DNA of 63,920 nucleotides, the filler included, from Theionarchaea archaeon (GTDB taxonomy: Archaea > Methanobacteriota_B > Thermococci > Methanofastidiosales > SZ-28-30): NCBI GenBank assembly GCA_018992565.1. It is 5 parts of 5 records of this genome, joined end to end, with 100 filler letters (N's around TTAATTAATTAA, not from the genome) between each part and the next. Parts side by side here need not be neighbours in the genome. Positions count along the whole stretch, not along the records: positions 1 to 13,250 come from JACVGW010000074.1; 4 more parts are not named here. The stretch is one strand, 5' to 3'. Made by a program: the position numbers and the translations under genes. Below, one piece after another: positions 1 to 9,584 of the stretch. Every line of letters starts with the position of its first letter. The stretch's first letter is position 1. A model generated the notes under the pieces. It was not told the DNA's origin and did not search any database. It saw only the letters and a list, made by a program, of their open reading frames with translations.

Positions 1-262
1 GTCCCTTCTTAGCGAGGACGTGCTTGATACATGAGAGCACGAGCAAGTGAAGGGATACAGCCCGCCACAGGGAGTTATCTGGAGAAGAGAAAAGGATTCC
101 CGTCGCGGTGAAGGATGGACGTCATGCACCCATGCGGACCGTGTAACCAATGATCTCCAGTGTTAGTGTTGCGGGCGACATTTCCTTCCTTATTCTACAG
201 ATGGTATGCAGTGATCATCTCATAGAAGGGGAGTATTTATATACTAGAAAAAGGGGTACACT

Positions 263-1483
263 ATGCTTCAGGTCATCAGGGACTTTGCCTTCCTCTTTAA
301 GTACAAGAATTTCCTGGAACTGTGTTTTGCAGTTCTCGTAAGCATGATAGGCTTCGGCTTGATTATCCCCTTACTTCCCATATATGGCAGGGAAATGGGA
401 GCCAGCGGTGTGTATCTGGGGTTACTGACCAGTCTCTTTGGAATTACTCGTACAATAACCTCGTTTCCAGGAGGGGTCCTGGCTGATAGAGTGGGAAGAA
501 AGAAGCTCATTGTGTCAGGACTACTCGTTTACACTGCAGTCATGTTTCTGTTCGGCCTGTCCACAGAACTGTGGCATCTTCTGGTCTTGAGAGCCTGTCA
601 GGGAGCAGCCTCGGGCATTGTCTGGCCTGTTGCAGCTACCATGGTTGCAGATATTGTCCCTTCAAAGGACAGGGGAAAGGCCATGGGTGTTTTCTCCATG
701 ATGTGGGACTCTGGAATTGCTATCGGTCCCGTGCTGGGTGGGCTGCTTTCTGCAGCATTCACCATTGCTGTTCCGTTTTTTGTATGTTCTGTTCTGTCCC
801 TTGTCAGTGCATTCCTCATTTTGAACCGCGTGAAAGAAACACATGTCACACAGCAGAAATCGAAGTCTCCTTCTGAGCAGGGGCTTTCACTGCATGCTTT
901 GTCTTTGATTGGTGTCTGCATTACAGGGTTTGTGGTGTCCTTCGCCATGGGGCTGGTCCAGCCTATTCTCCCTCTGTTTGGCAATGAGGTTTTAGGATTG
1001 AATGAGGCTTCCGTTGGACTCATATTTGGTGCAATGGGCGTTGCTCGATTCATTATTAAGCCCCCTTCTGGTGCCCTTGCAGACAATATAGGGAGAAAAA
1101 GAGTAATAGCCATGGGACTGGCTCTCAATGGCATATTCACAGTGGCCATATCTGCTTCGAGGGATTTCTTGGAAATCATGGGGCTTTCTGTAGCGCGATC
1201 CCTGGGAATGGGTATGACCATGCCCTCCATGAATGCACTGGTTACCAGTCTTACTACTGCTGAAAAGCGAGGGAAGGTGATGGGCATCTTCAGCACGTCC
1301 AGAAACCTCGGACTCGTGGTGGGACCTCTCCTGGGAGGGTTCACCTTTGACGCAATTTCCGTACAGACACCATTCTACATTTGCGGGATAGTGGCCTTCC
1401 TGGGGATAGTAGCTCTGACTCTCCTGGTCACAGAGGAGTCACCCTGTGACGGGCACCCTCTCGAAGATGATTCTGAGAAATGA
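263..1483 (+). CDS. MFS transporter (DHA1-like)
   Basis: 406 aa, about 12 hydrophobic segments, MFS motif A twice (GVLADRVGRK, GALADNIGRK). Confidence 0.92.
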   Translation: MLQVIRDFAFLFKYKNFLELCFAVLVSMIGFGLIIPLLPIYGREMGASGVYLGLLTSLFGITRTITSFPGGVLADRVGRKKLIVSGLLVYTAVMFLFGLSTELWHLLVLRACQGAASGIVWPVAATMVADIVPSKDRGKAMGVFSMMWDSGIAIGPVLGGLLSAAFTIAVPFFVCSVLSLVSAFLILNRVKETHVTQQKSKSPSEQGLSLHALSLIGVCITGFVVSFAMGLVQPILPLFGNEVLGLNEASVGLIFGAMGVARFIIKPPSGALADNIGRKRVIAMGLALNGIFTVAISASRDFLEIMGLSVARSLGMGMTMPSMNALVTSLTTAEKRGKVMGIFSTSRNLGLVVGPLLGGFTFDAISVQTPFYICGIVAFLGIVALTLLVTEESPCDGHPLEDDSEK

Positions 1484-1699
1484 GAAAAGCACTATCATTC
1501 TATTCCAGTCGATCACTGAGATCCTGTACATATACAATACATAACCATGAAAACCTTCTTAAACCTGGAAGTCACTGACAGTGTGAACTCGAACCTGCCC
1601 TCTTGGCGGTTCAGTGCGGGTCAGTACTTGTGCTGCCCACTCAGAGTATTTCCTGTGTACGGGGGTTCGAGATTACAAAACATGTGAAGGGGTATTGAA

Positions 1700-2086
1700 A
1701 TGACGCGGAAGTCAAGAGAAGGAGAAGTTTTTGGTCTTTTTGGAGCCAAGGGATTGTTATCATCGAGGACCATGATAACCCGGACACCGCAGGAGATCCT
1801 GTATCTCTACTGTACCTCATCCTTTGACGGACTTGATCTGGTATCTTCCACTACTGAACTTCGAGAAGGTAAGGACTGCTTTTTCCTTATTGAGAAGGAT
1901 TGGGTAGAGAGCGAAGGCAAGTCTTCGGAGACGCCAGTGTGTGTTCTGACTGCTGGTATAATCCAGCAAGTCCTAGAATGGATTACTGGGTGTGAGTACG
2001 CAGTGGAGGAGGTTGAGTGCAGGGCCATGGGGTGCCCTGCAGATGTGTTCAAAATATCGGAAGTCCCTAGAGCCAAAGAGAGTTGA
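1700..2086 (+). CDS. V4R (4-vinyl reductase) domain protein, N-terminus possibly degenerate
   Basis: C-terminal PVCVLTAGIIQQVLEWITG..VEEVECRAMGCPADVF matches the V4R signature. The N-terminal part does not look family-like. Confidence 0.6.
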   Translation: MTRKSREGEVFGLFGAKGLLSSRTMITRTPQEILYLYCTSSFDGLDLVSSTTELREGKDCFFLIEKDWVESEGKSSETPVCVLTAGIIQQVLEWITGCEYAVEEVECRAMGCPADVFKISEVPRAKES

Positions 2087-2362
2087 CCTACGAGAGGGAA
2101 ATTGAGAAGACTTCACAATGAAAAATACATAGAGGCTAAAGGATAGTTGACCTCAGCAATCTAGTAATTGCACTGGTATCTGTGGATATATAAGAACCTC
2201 GGATACACTTCCTGACTCATTTACAGTGTTACGTAATCTTATTCGATGATTCCTTAATGAAGTGAAGTAGATAATCACATAGTGGGAACTAGGAAATAGC
2301 AATACAGAGAGAAAGGATTGAAACCAAAAGAAGGTTTATAAGGACCGAATTCACTAATTGTC

Positions 2363-3387
2363 ATGTCAAACCAGAATGCAAATGAAAGTAGAGCAATGTG
2401 CAGACACCCTGTTTTTTCTTCAAAACTGAAAAAAAGCTGCCGCAATTTCGTTCCAGTCGAGAGCATCCATTCTCGTATCGCCATTGCTGCTGTCGCATTC
2501 CTGGGACTTCTGGGTTCCCTGGGGACTCCACTCTACATGGTCACTGCAGAGCCGGGAGTCCATGTCAACATCCCGCAATCACCGCTTTCCCCGAACCAGC
2601 CAGTNNNNNNNNNNNNNNNNNNNNNNNNNNNNNNNNNNNNNNNNNNNNNNNNNNNNNNNNNNNNNNNNNNNNNNNNNNNNNNNNNNNNNNNNNNNNNNNN
2701 NNNNTGGAAATCTCTCCTCCTGAAGCTGAAGTGGAAAGAGGAGACACAGCACATTTCCAGATACATGTGGTGTACAGCACCCCTTCATTTAGTGGAACAC
2801 TCATTAACCTGGACGTGAATGGTCTTGGCCCGGGGATGCAGTGGCATTCTACTCCCGGAGGTCAGCTTTCCATCACAACGTCACATGAGACACCTCCCGG
2901 AGACTATCATATTGAAGTCACTGGAGAAGCCCAGGGTGTGGTCAGGCAGGCCATGATAATACTCTTTGTGAGGGAGGAACCTCAAGAGGAGCTGCCGCCA
3001 GAAGAGCATCCTCCTGAGGAACGACCACCTGAAGAACATCCTCAAGAGGAGCTGCCGCCAGAAGAGCATCCTCCTGAGGAACGACCACCTGAAGAACATC
3101 CACCGGATAACTACCAGCCAGAAGCACAACCTGAAGGATATCCTCAGCAGCCAATATCCCAGGAACCTGCACCCGGACAGTACGGCAATTCTCTCCTGTC
3201 AAATCCGTTGTATCTGGCAATTATCGGTCTGGTAATTGTGGTGATAGTACTGGTATTACTTCTTGTATCCAGAAAATCTCAGCCCCCACCGAACCAGCCT
3301 TCACAGAACTACTGCCCAAAATGCGGAGCACCCCTCAGAGCTGATGATTCTTTCTGCAGCTCTTGTGGAGCACGCGTGAGAGACTAG
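2363..3387 (+). CDS. Membrane-anchored protein with Pro/Glu-rich linker, TM helix and C-terminal zinc ribbon (spans a 100-N gap)
   Basis: Hydrophobic IAIAAVAFLGLLGSLG before the gap. After the gap: a beta-rich domain, PPEE repeats, TM LAIIGLVIVVIVLVLLLV and CPKCG..FCSSCG. The frame across the gap is unknown. Confidence 0.7.
2980..3101 (+). repeat. Exact 60-bp tandem repeat (2 copies) encoding PQEELPPEEHPPEERPPEEH
   Basis: 2980-3039 is identical to 3040-3099. Confidence 0.95.
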
Positions 3388-3555
3388 TCATTTCCATTTT
3401 TACTTCACTCCCCCTTGAGGGAGAGCTCTTGTGACCTTTGTTCCTGGCAGATTCTCCTAATCAGTCTATCCTCTCTCTTGCGATTTTCTCTTTCTGTCTT
3501 TTAACATACAGGTCCTGCTGAAAAAGTATATAACATGCCTGCTCGAGGATGGTGC

Positions 3556-4992
3556 ATGCCCAAGATCATAGTAGTAGGGTTTGATGGTGCTACCTGGGAC
3601 ATTATCAACCCATTGATTGCCCACGGTGCTCTCCCCGCTTTTGAAACACTCATGAATGAAAGCACCTGGGGGTCAATGGAGAGTACAATGCCTCCAATGA
3701 CTATACCCGCCTGGATATCTATGTTTTCAGGATTGACTCCTGAACAACTGGGTCTTTTTGACTTTAACAAGGTTATCGTAGGAAAGAAGGCTGTCGAAAC
3801 CCGACTGGTTAACTCAAGTGACTGCAGTGGCAGCCTCCTGTGGGACATTTTGTCCCGAAGAACCATGAAAAGCCTGGTCCTGAATATCCCCGGGACCTAT
3901 CCACCGTACCCCATAGAAGGGCACCTGATAGGCCTGGATTTCACTCCTCTCGAGAGGTGCACGTATCCATTTGAACTGGAACAGCTGCTGACAGAAAAGC
4001 ACAACCTTGTTCTCATACGAGAGAATCAACACCAGTTCCTGAAGGGGGGGAAAGCTGCTCTTGACATGATAAGAAAGGAAGAAACAATGGTCCTGGATGT
4101 TGCCATGTCTTTTTGCCGCGCCTATGAATATGATATTGCAGTTGTACGGTTCGGAATACCTGACCATGTATCTCACCATTCACTGGATGAAAATGTAATG
4201 AGAGAGTGCCACTTCTTCATGGATAACCTGCTACAACACATACGTGAAATCCCCTGTGAATACCTGATACTGGTAAGCGACCATGGCATAAAAAAGGGGG
4301 AAAAACTCTTTCACATCAACACGTACTTGGAAGACATGGGATTTTTCAGCATGGGCACGAGAGAGCGACTGAGAGAGTTCGGAGACAAAGCAATTATTAC
4401 TCTAGGAAAGAGGGTTGTGGGTGAAACAAAGAGACTGGGCACTGAACACCGTGATTTCACTTCAATGGAGACTATTCAGAGAAAAAAGAGTGCAGCTTTT
4501 GCCTATTCAGCAATCCCTACTCAATTCTGTCCCCTGTATATAACAGACAACAGCGCAAGGGAAGCCATTGTCCAGAGGCTTAAGCAGTGCGAATACGTTA
4601 AGAATATTCATGACGTGAAGTGTCAGGATGGACCTGCAGCCCTGGTAGAATCATCCTGTCAAATTGCGGCCAGGCCTGGAAAAGCCCACATAGGGTATCA
4701 GCCTCGATGGTATCATGATATGAAAGGAATATTCCTCATCCAGGGAAAAGATGTGAGAAAGGGACACCATATAGACTGCTCTATCTATGATATTGCCCCG
4801 ACACTCCTCCATATGCTGGGAGTTGCTATACCCGATGGCCTTACTGGAAGAATTCTGGAAGAGGCATTTGAGGAAAGCTCTGAAATCAGAAAGAGAATTC
4901 CCCAGTATGCGAAGGCTTCAGCCCACGAGAGGAATGAGGAAGAAAGGGTTAAGGACTCCATCCGCATCCTTGGGAAGCTGGGGAGGCTCTGA
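3556..4992 (+). CDS. Alkaline phosphatase superfamily / nucleotide pyrophosphatase-phosphodiesterase-like protein
   Basis: Motifs IIVVGFDGATW, STMPPMTIPAWISMFSG, LVSDHG, YHDMKGIF and IYDIAPTLLHMLG. Confidence 0.85.
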   Translation: MPKIIVVGFDGATWDIINPLIAHGALPAFETLMNESTWGSMESTMPPMTIPAWISMFSGLTPEQLGLFDFNKVIVGKKAVETRLVNSSDCSGSLLWDILSRRTMKSLVLNIPGTYPPYPIEGHLIGLDFTPLERCTYPFELEQLLTEKHNLVLIRENQHQFLKGGKAALDMIRKEETMVLDVAMSFCRAYEYDIAVVRFGIPDHVSHHSLDENVMRECHFFMDNLLQHIREIPCEYLILVSDHGIKKGEKLFHINTYLEDMGFFSMGTRERLREFGDKAIITLGKRVVGETKRLGTEHRDFTSMETIQRKKSAAFAYSAIPTQFCPLYITDNSAREAIVQRLKQCEYVKNIHDVKCQDGPAALVESSCQIAARPGKAHIGYQPRWYHDMKGIFLIQGKDVRKGHHIDCSIYDIAPTLLHMLGVAIPDGLTGRILEEAFEESSEIRKRIPQYAKASAHERNEEERVKDSIRILGKLGRL

Positions 4993-5064
4993 ACTCCTCG
5001 CCCTTTCTCTCGCTGCTGAACGAAGGGAACTGTGAGGTTTACAGGTTGCTGAGGGAGGTGAAAG

Positions 5065-5157
5065 ATGAAAATAAACTCTTGTAGCAACCTTCAATTTCCC
5101 CGTTCCCCCATTCGTGCCATTCCTGCCGGGGTGACCTGTCCCCACCTCTTAATCTAA
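5065..5157 (+). CDS. Putative 30-aa small ORF MKINSCSNLQFPRSPIRAIPAGVTCPHLLI
   Basis: GGAGGTGA at 5054-5061 just before the ATG at 5065. No family recognised. Confidence 0.3.
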   Translation: MKINSCSNLQFPRSPIRAIPAGVTCPHLLI

Positions 5158-5442
5158 CCCTCAACCCAAAGCGAGTTCTTTCATCCCCTTCACCTTCTTC
5201 TGGTATTTCTCCACGTCAGCACGTGCCTTTCTCTGTCCGTAACAGCGAATCTCCTGACAGTCGATATCCTTCTACCCAAAAGACTATATGCAGGTTTATC
5301 AATTTTCATCATGGGAAAACTTGAAAACCTGCAAACGTACTANNNNNNNNNNNNNNNNNNNNNNNNNNNNNNNNNNNNNNNNNNNNNNNNNNNNNNNNNN
5401 NNNNNNNNNNNNNNNNNNNNNNNNNNNNNNNNNNNNNNNNNN

Positions 5443-5652
5443 CTGATAGTGCTCAAATCGAAGTATGAGAAGGACTTCGTGAGAATCCTCAGCAAGCTGC
5501 CCTGCACCACCTATGTCTTCCCATTACAGGAGGAGATTGTTCTCAACATTTTCCATGAAGGAGCAGTTGACATGATGTTTGCTGTAAAAAAATTAGAGGA
5601 AAAAGGATATATTGACGATTACTTTCTCCTGATTCCTCTCTATTGGGATTAA
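5443..5652 (+). CDS. C-terminal fragment of a divergent Lrp/AsnC-like family protein (5' end lost in the N gap)
   Basis: KYEKDFVRILSKLPCTTYVF..KKLEEKGYI aligns by eye with DYEDFVIELFSHLPTTTWFY..RELLKRGII of the 26011-26532 protein. Confidence 0.6.
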   Translation: MIVLKSKYEKDFVRILSKLPCTTYVFPLQEEIVLNIFHEGAVDMMFAVKKLEEKGYIDDYFLLIPLYWD

Positions 5653-5738
5653 GTTGGATTTCCAGGACCAGCACCAGGACCACCATTCGTGGTCAGTATC
5701 GCATCAAAGGGTTCAAATAGCCATCCTTTTGAAATCAT
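5649..5738 (-). CDS. Unannotated 29-aa peptide MISKGWLFEPFDAILTTNGGPGAGPGNPT
   Basis: GAGGTGA SD (5744-5750) and an AT-rich TATA-like ATTTATATTTAAA at about 5768-5780 on the minus strand. Its stop overlaps the convergent gene's stop (TTAA 5649-5652). Confidence 0.65.
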   Translation of the reverse strand: MISKGWLFEPFDAILTTNGGPGAGPGNPT

Positions 5739-5985
5739 GTTGATCACCTCGTAAGCTTTTGGGCATCTTTAAATATAAATTTCATTATGCGTTGAGATTC
5801 TTTCTTTTAAAGCTAAAAAATGAGGCAATTATGGCGATAAATGCTATAATGGTTAGAATTGGATAATTAATGACTGGAATCACACGTTGTGAGAAGAAAT
5901 GAACCCTGTGCACTAATCCTGAAATGGATTTCATGACTCTATGTTGGAGAGTATTCAATAAGACTGGAAAAAAGTTTCTTGAAGA

Positions 5986-7839
5986 CTATTCTGGAAGGTT
6001 GCTGTTCAGGTCTATTACTTCATCGCCCCATTCTGCATAAAAGGGATCATGGGCAAAGAGAATGATCTGGTTCGTTCTTTTCAGTCGAGAGAGAATATAG
6101 GCAATATTCTCCAGCCGCCTGTAATCATAACTGACAAAGGAATCATCCAGCAGGAAAGGAAGGTTCACGTTCTGGGAAAGGAGATATGCCATGGAGAGAC
6201 GCATGGCAAAATACAGTTGTTCCACAGCTCCAATGCTCAAGCTCTCTTTATGTATGGAGAAATGTGTCCTGGTTGACACCAGGGGTTCCAGCGTGTCTTT
6301 CTCTAGAGATACTGATGTATACTTTCCATCGGTGATCTTTCCAAAAGCACCTGATATGAGCTTTTTTAATTCTTCAACGTATTCCCCCTGATAATCTGCA
6401 ATACAGTCCTGGAGGGTGGAGATAGCCACAATGAGCGCCTTCCTCTTCCGGCTCAGATGGGTATAGGTTTCCTCCAGTATCTCCTTCTCTTCTTCCCAGG
6501 AATGAAAATCAGTGACCTTCTGTTCACCACTGATCTGGGCAACCCGCAGGGTGGAGAGCTTCTCTTCCTTGGAGGAGATTTCTCTCTCCAGAATGCCCAG
6601 CTGCTGGTTCATATCTTCCTGCAGGTTCAGAAGAGCATCCACAGTTGACTGGGCAAACACAGGATAAAGCTCGCAGATAGACTGTTTCCGGAGGGTTAAA
6701 TTGAAATGGTCTTCCTGGAGCTGTGTCTTCTTCTCTGTCGCTGTCGTGTCATGCTCCGGGTGGATGTCAATGCTGACTTCTTCATGTGGGGTGCTCGTGG
6801 TAAGGACATAGTACATGGCAGCAGCAAGTGCTATCCCGGAACCCAGGGCAGCGATGCTCAACACGGTATTCTGCAATGTCAGCTGCAGCAATAATGAGAT
6901 GGTAATTCCCACGACAGCAATTACAACAGGAGCCACGGTTCCCAGGAGAGCCTTTCTTGATTCTAAATCGTCGATCTTCTTCCTGAAGTCCTGGATTGTA
7001 TGTGATTGACCGTCCAGTAGCCTGAGACTCATCTGAATACGAGAAATCTCCTGTTCCAGCATGACATAGTCCCGTAGAGCCTTCAACGTTGTCTTCCTGG
7101 CATTCAAGTCATTTTTCAGTTCTGATATATGACTCCTCAGAGCCTGGATCTCTCTGTCTGTTGAGAGCAGTTCGGCAGTCGCGTTCCGGGTCTTCTCAAT
7201 AGCCTCCTCAAGTCGTTCTATTTCTTTTTCGATTTCCTCTAACTGCCCCTCTTTTCTTTTTTTCCTCCAGGGGATATCCCTGGTTATCGTCTCCAGTTCC
7301 TGTTCCAGAGATTTGGCAATCTTTATGTAATCTGCTTTCTCAGTGCCAGAAATAAGCTGTCGTATCTTCTGAGAAATCTGGGTCTGGCTCCTCATCTGTT
7401 CTACAAGGGTGGTCAGTCTGAAAATGTCAGAGCTGATAAATCCCATATGTTCCCTGATGAAATCAAAGTACTGTTCCCTGTCAGCGCTACTTCCCCGGGG
7501 ATTTGCTGTTCCCTCAAAGAGCAGTGTGGAGTCCTGTCCTGATACATCCCACACGCTGACCCTATCAGTTTCAAAATCCCGTTCAATGCAGAATAGGCCT
7601 CCTTTTGAGGAGAATGTGACAGCTGCTGAGTATTCTGATGGTGTATCCCACGGTCTGTACTTTTTCTTCTCATCAGTAGTCTGAAATCCAAAGAGTGTAG
7701 CACAAATCGCATCTTTAATAGTTGTTTTTCCTTTTTCGTTGTCGCCCACTATAACGGTGACGCCGTCTGGACTGAAATCAAAACGGGTCGGAGTGTAAAA
7801 CCTACCAAATCCCTGTATGGTGAGGGTGTGTATCTTCAT
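5986..7839 (-). CDS. Rad50/SbcC-like (YhaN-type) ABC ATPase with coiled coil and internal TM hairpin
   Basis: Walker A GDNEKGKTT, signature LSIGA, Walker B FLLDDSF, H-loop LFAH, long coiled coil. Confidence 0.88.
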   Translation of the reverse strand: MKIHTLTIQGFGRFYTPTRFDFSPDGVTVIVGDNEKGKTTIKDAICATLFGFQTTDEKKKYRPWDTPSEYSAAVTFSSKGGLFCIERDFETDRVSVWDVSGQDSTLLFEGTANPRGSSADREQYFDFIREHMGFISSDIFRLTTLVEQMRSQTQISQKIRQLISGTEKADYIKIAKSLEQELETITRDIPWRKKRKEGQLEEIEKEIERLEEAIEKTRNATAELLSTDREIQALRSHISELKNDLNARKTTLKALRDYVMLEQEISRIQMSLRLLDGQSHTIQDFRKKIDDLESRKALLGTVAPVVIAVVGITISLLLQLTLQNTVLSIAALGSGIALAAAMYYVLTTSTPHEEVSIDIHPEHDTTATEKKTQLQEDHFNLTLRKQSICELYPVFAQSTVDALLNLQEDMNQQLGILEREISSKEEKLSTLRVAQISGEQKVTDFHSWEEEKEILEETYTHLSRKRKALIVAISTLQDCIADYQGEYVEELKKLISGAFGKITDGKYTSVSLEKDTLEPLVSTRTHFSIHKESLSIGAVEQLYFAMRLSMAYLLSQNVNLPFLLDDSFVSYDYRRLENIAYILSRLKRTNQIILFAHDPFYAEWGDEVIDLNSNLPE

Positions 7840-8963
7840 GGGGATGCCTCCATGAAGCTGGCCACCCCGATTTTGAGAGCTTCTTCCAGTATAGCTTTTT
7901 CTTCACCCTGAGCCTGGGCGATCTTTCGGAGGAGCGTTGTGACATACATCCCCCTGATGGTACGTTCTTCTTTCCAGGAAGACACGATAGTGCTGTCCAC
8001 TATGGTGGTGGAGTCTTTCAATTGGAGATAGAAGAATGAATCACCAAGCGCCTGACGTACATATTCCAGGTCCAGTGGGAATTGGCAGCGCCCCTGCAGA
8101 TTGAGGCTGACAATGGAGGCGGGATCTCTGTAGTTGCGAGCGATGTGGTCAATGACATCACTCACAGATTCCAGTGGCTGGTTCTCAAGGTTGATATCAA
8201 TGGCCTTGACAGTACGGGTGTTGACTGCTATGGGGGTGATATGGGGAGTCTTCCCCCTGAAATCCACTACCACCATGTACCGCTCACCACTTTCAGAGAA
8301 GTCTCTGCCCTCAAGGCTCCCCGGGTAGACTGCCAGGGTTGTGCCGCACTGGATCTGTTTGAAATTGTGGAAATGTCCGAGTGCTACATAGTCCAGGTGA
8401 GAACGGGCAATATCATGTTCTTCAAGCTGGAAGTCCTGGCCTCTCCGTTCCCAGTGCGCAGGCAGTCCCACTGACCCATGGATAATCCCTATGTGAATTC
8501 CTTCTTCCTGGAAAGGAGAAAAAGACTCAAAGAGGGTTTCATTGCCACCAGGAATGTATGCTGCTCCATAGAAGAACACTTTTTCCCCTGATACTTCTCT
8601 GATGAGAGGTTCGTTGAACGAGGTCAGAATGTGCATTCCCTCAAGCTGCCCTTTTCTGTAAACGCAGGACTTGTATCCATATGCATCATGCGTACCAGGA
8701 ACAGCCACCACCAGGATTCCGTGCTGCCTCAATGAGGAAAGAGTCCTCTGCACGAATCCCACCAGGGAAGAGGGGGGATCGGCCATATCAAAAAGATCAC
8801 CCGCTATGACAAGAGCATCGACATGGTTTGCGGGATCACAACAATAGTCTACAACATGCTGAAAAGAATGTAAAAAATCCTGTTCTCTGCCGGTGGACTT
8901 GTCGCCCACATTCTTGCATTGATATCCCAGATGAACATCTGCTATATGAACAATTCTTACCAT
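7836..8963 (-). CDS. Mre11/SbcD-like (YhaO-type) metallophosphoesterase nuclease
   Basis: Motifs ADVHLG, AGDLFD, PGTHD, HGS, ALGHFH and YPGSLE. ATGA overlap with the ATPase gene. Confidence 0.9.
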   Translation of the reverse strand: MVRIVHIADVHLGYQCKNVGDKSTGREQDFLHSFQHVVDYCCDPANHVDALVIAGDLFDMADPPSSLVGFVQRTLSSLRQHGILVVAVPGTHDAYGYKSCVYRKGQLEGMHILTSFNEPLIREVSGEKVFFYGAAYIPGGNETLFESFSPFQEEGIHIGIIHGSVGLPAHWERRGQDFQLEEHDIARSHLDYVALGHFHNFKQIQCGTTLAVYPGSLEGRDFSESGERYMVVVDFRGKTPHITPIAVNTRTVKAIDINLENQPLESVSDVIDHIARNYRDPASIVSLNLQGRCQFPLDLEYVRQALGDSFFYLQLKDSTTIVDSTIVSSWKEERTIRGMYVTTLLRKIAQAQGEEKAILEEALKIGVASFMEASP

Positions 8964-9268
8964 AGAGTCTCTCTCCGTTATTCCCCTTGGACAAAATCCT
9001 TCAAAGTTCCCATATGAAGAAGCGCCTCTTCCCTTTCTGAGGGGTTATACGTGAGGAAGCCAGTATGCACGTTACAATCCCCACATACCTGGCATCACTT
9101 GTTTGCGATATGAGACTGTGTTTGCATCACTACCTTTTCAGAAGTTTATAAATGTTGCTTCTCTTGAAGGTCTGCACATCTGGAGGGATTCTGCATGCAC
9201 ATTGAAATGGAGGAGAGAACCACAAACCTTTTAACTAAAGACATCAACAGGGCTATGGAGGTGAACCA

Positions 9269-9421
9269 ATGAAAGCACTGAGAGTGAATAAGAAATTATG
9301 GACGGAAATTCTCATAGAAGACATTAGCGAGTCTCCTTCCATATGTAATCCGATTATCACTCCCTATGGTGTCTGTGGTGGCTGCTGCTGTCCATTCCTG
9401 TGCAGACCTTTGATATGTTAA
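9269..9421 (+). CDS. Putative RiPP precursor, 50 aa: MKALRVNKKLWTEILIEDISESPSICNPIITPYGVCGGCCCPFLCRPLIC
   Basis: GGAGGTGA SD at 9257-9264 and TATA-like TTTTAACT at about 9229. Cys-free 25-aa leader, then a core with 7 Cys. Lies directly upstream of two rSAM/SPASM genes. Below the ORF-track size cutoff. Confidence 0.85.
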   Translation: MKALRVNKKLWTEILIEDISESPSICNPIITPYGVCGGCCCPFLCRPLIC

Positions 9422-9584
9422 GCTTTTCTGAGTAATAACCCTGAATTAAGTGGTAGATATTCCCTGTCGGCAAATGGGCTCGTATTAGAGTGATACAGGT
9501 ATGTTAATGGGAAATAAGACCATATTTCTCTGAGAGAATGCATACCGTGAGGTTAATGTTGAGCAACATAAGTGAGGTGACTTC

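Noticed and set aside
2980..3101. Tandem repeat as a possible CRISPR array
   Set aside because: In-frame coding repeat with no unique spacers. No cas genes or repeat-spacer arrays were seen in the window.
9066..9152. 28-codon ORF (MHVTIPTYLASLVCDMRLCLHHYLFRSL) upstream of the precursor as a second precursor
   Set aside because: Weak SD, no leader similarity, and it runs into the probable promoter of the divergent nuclease gene.
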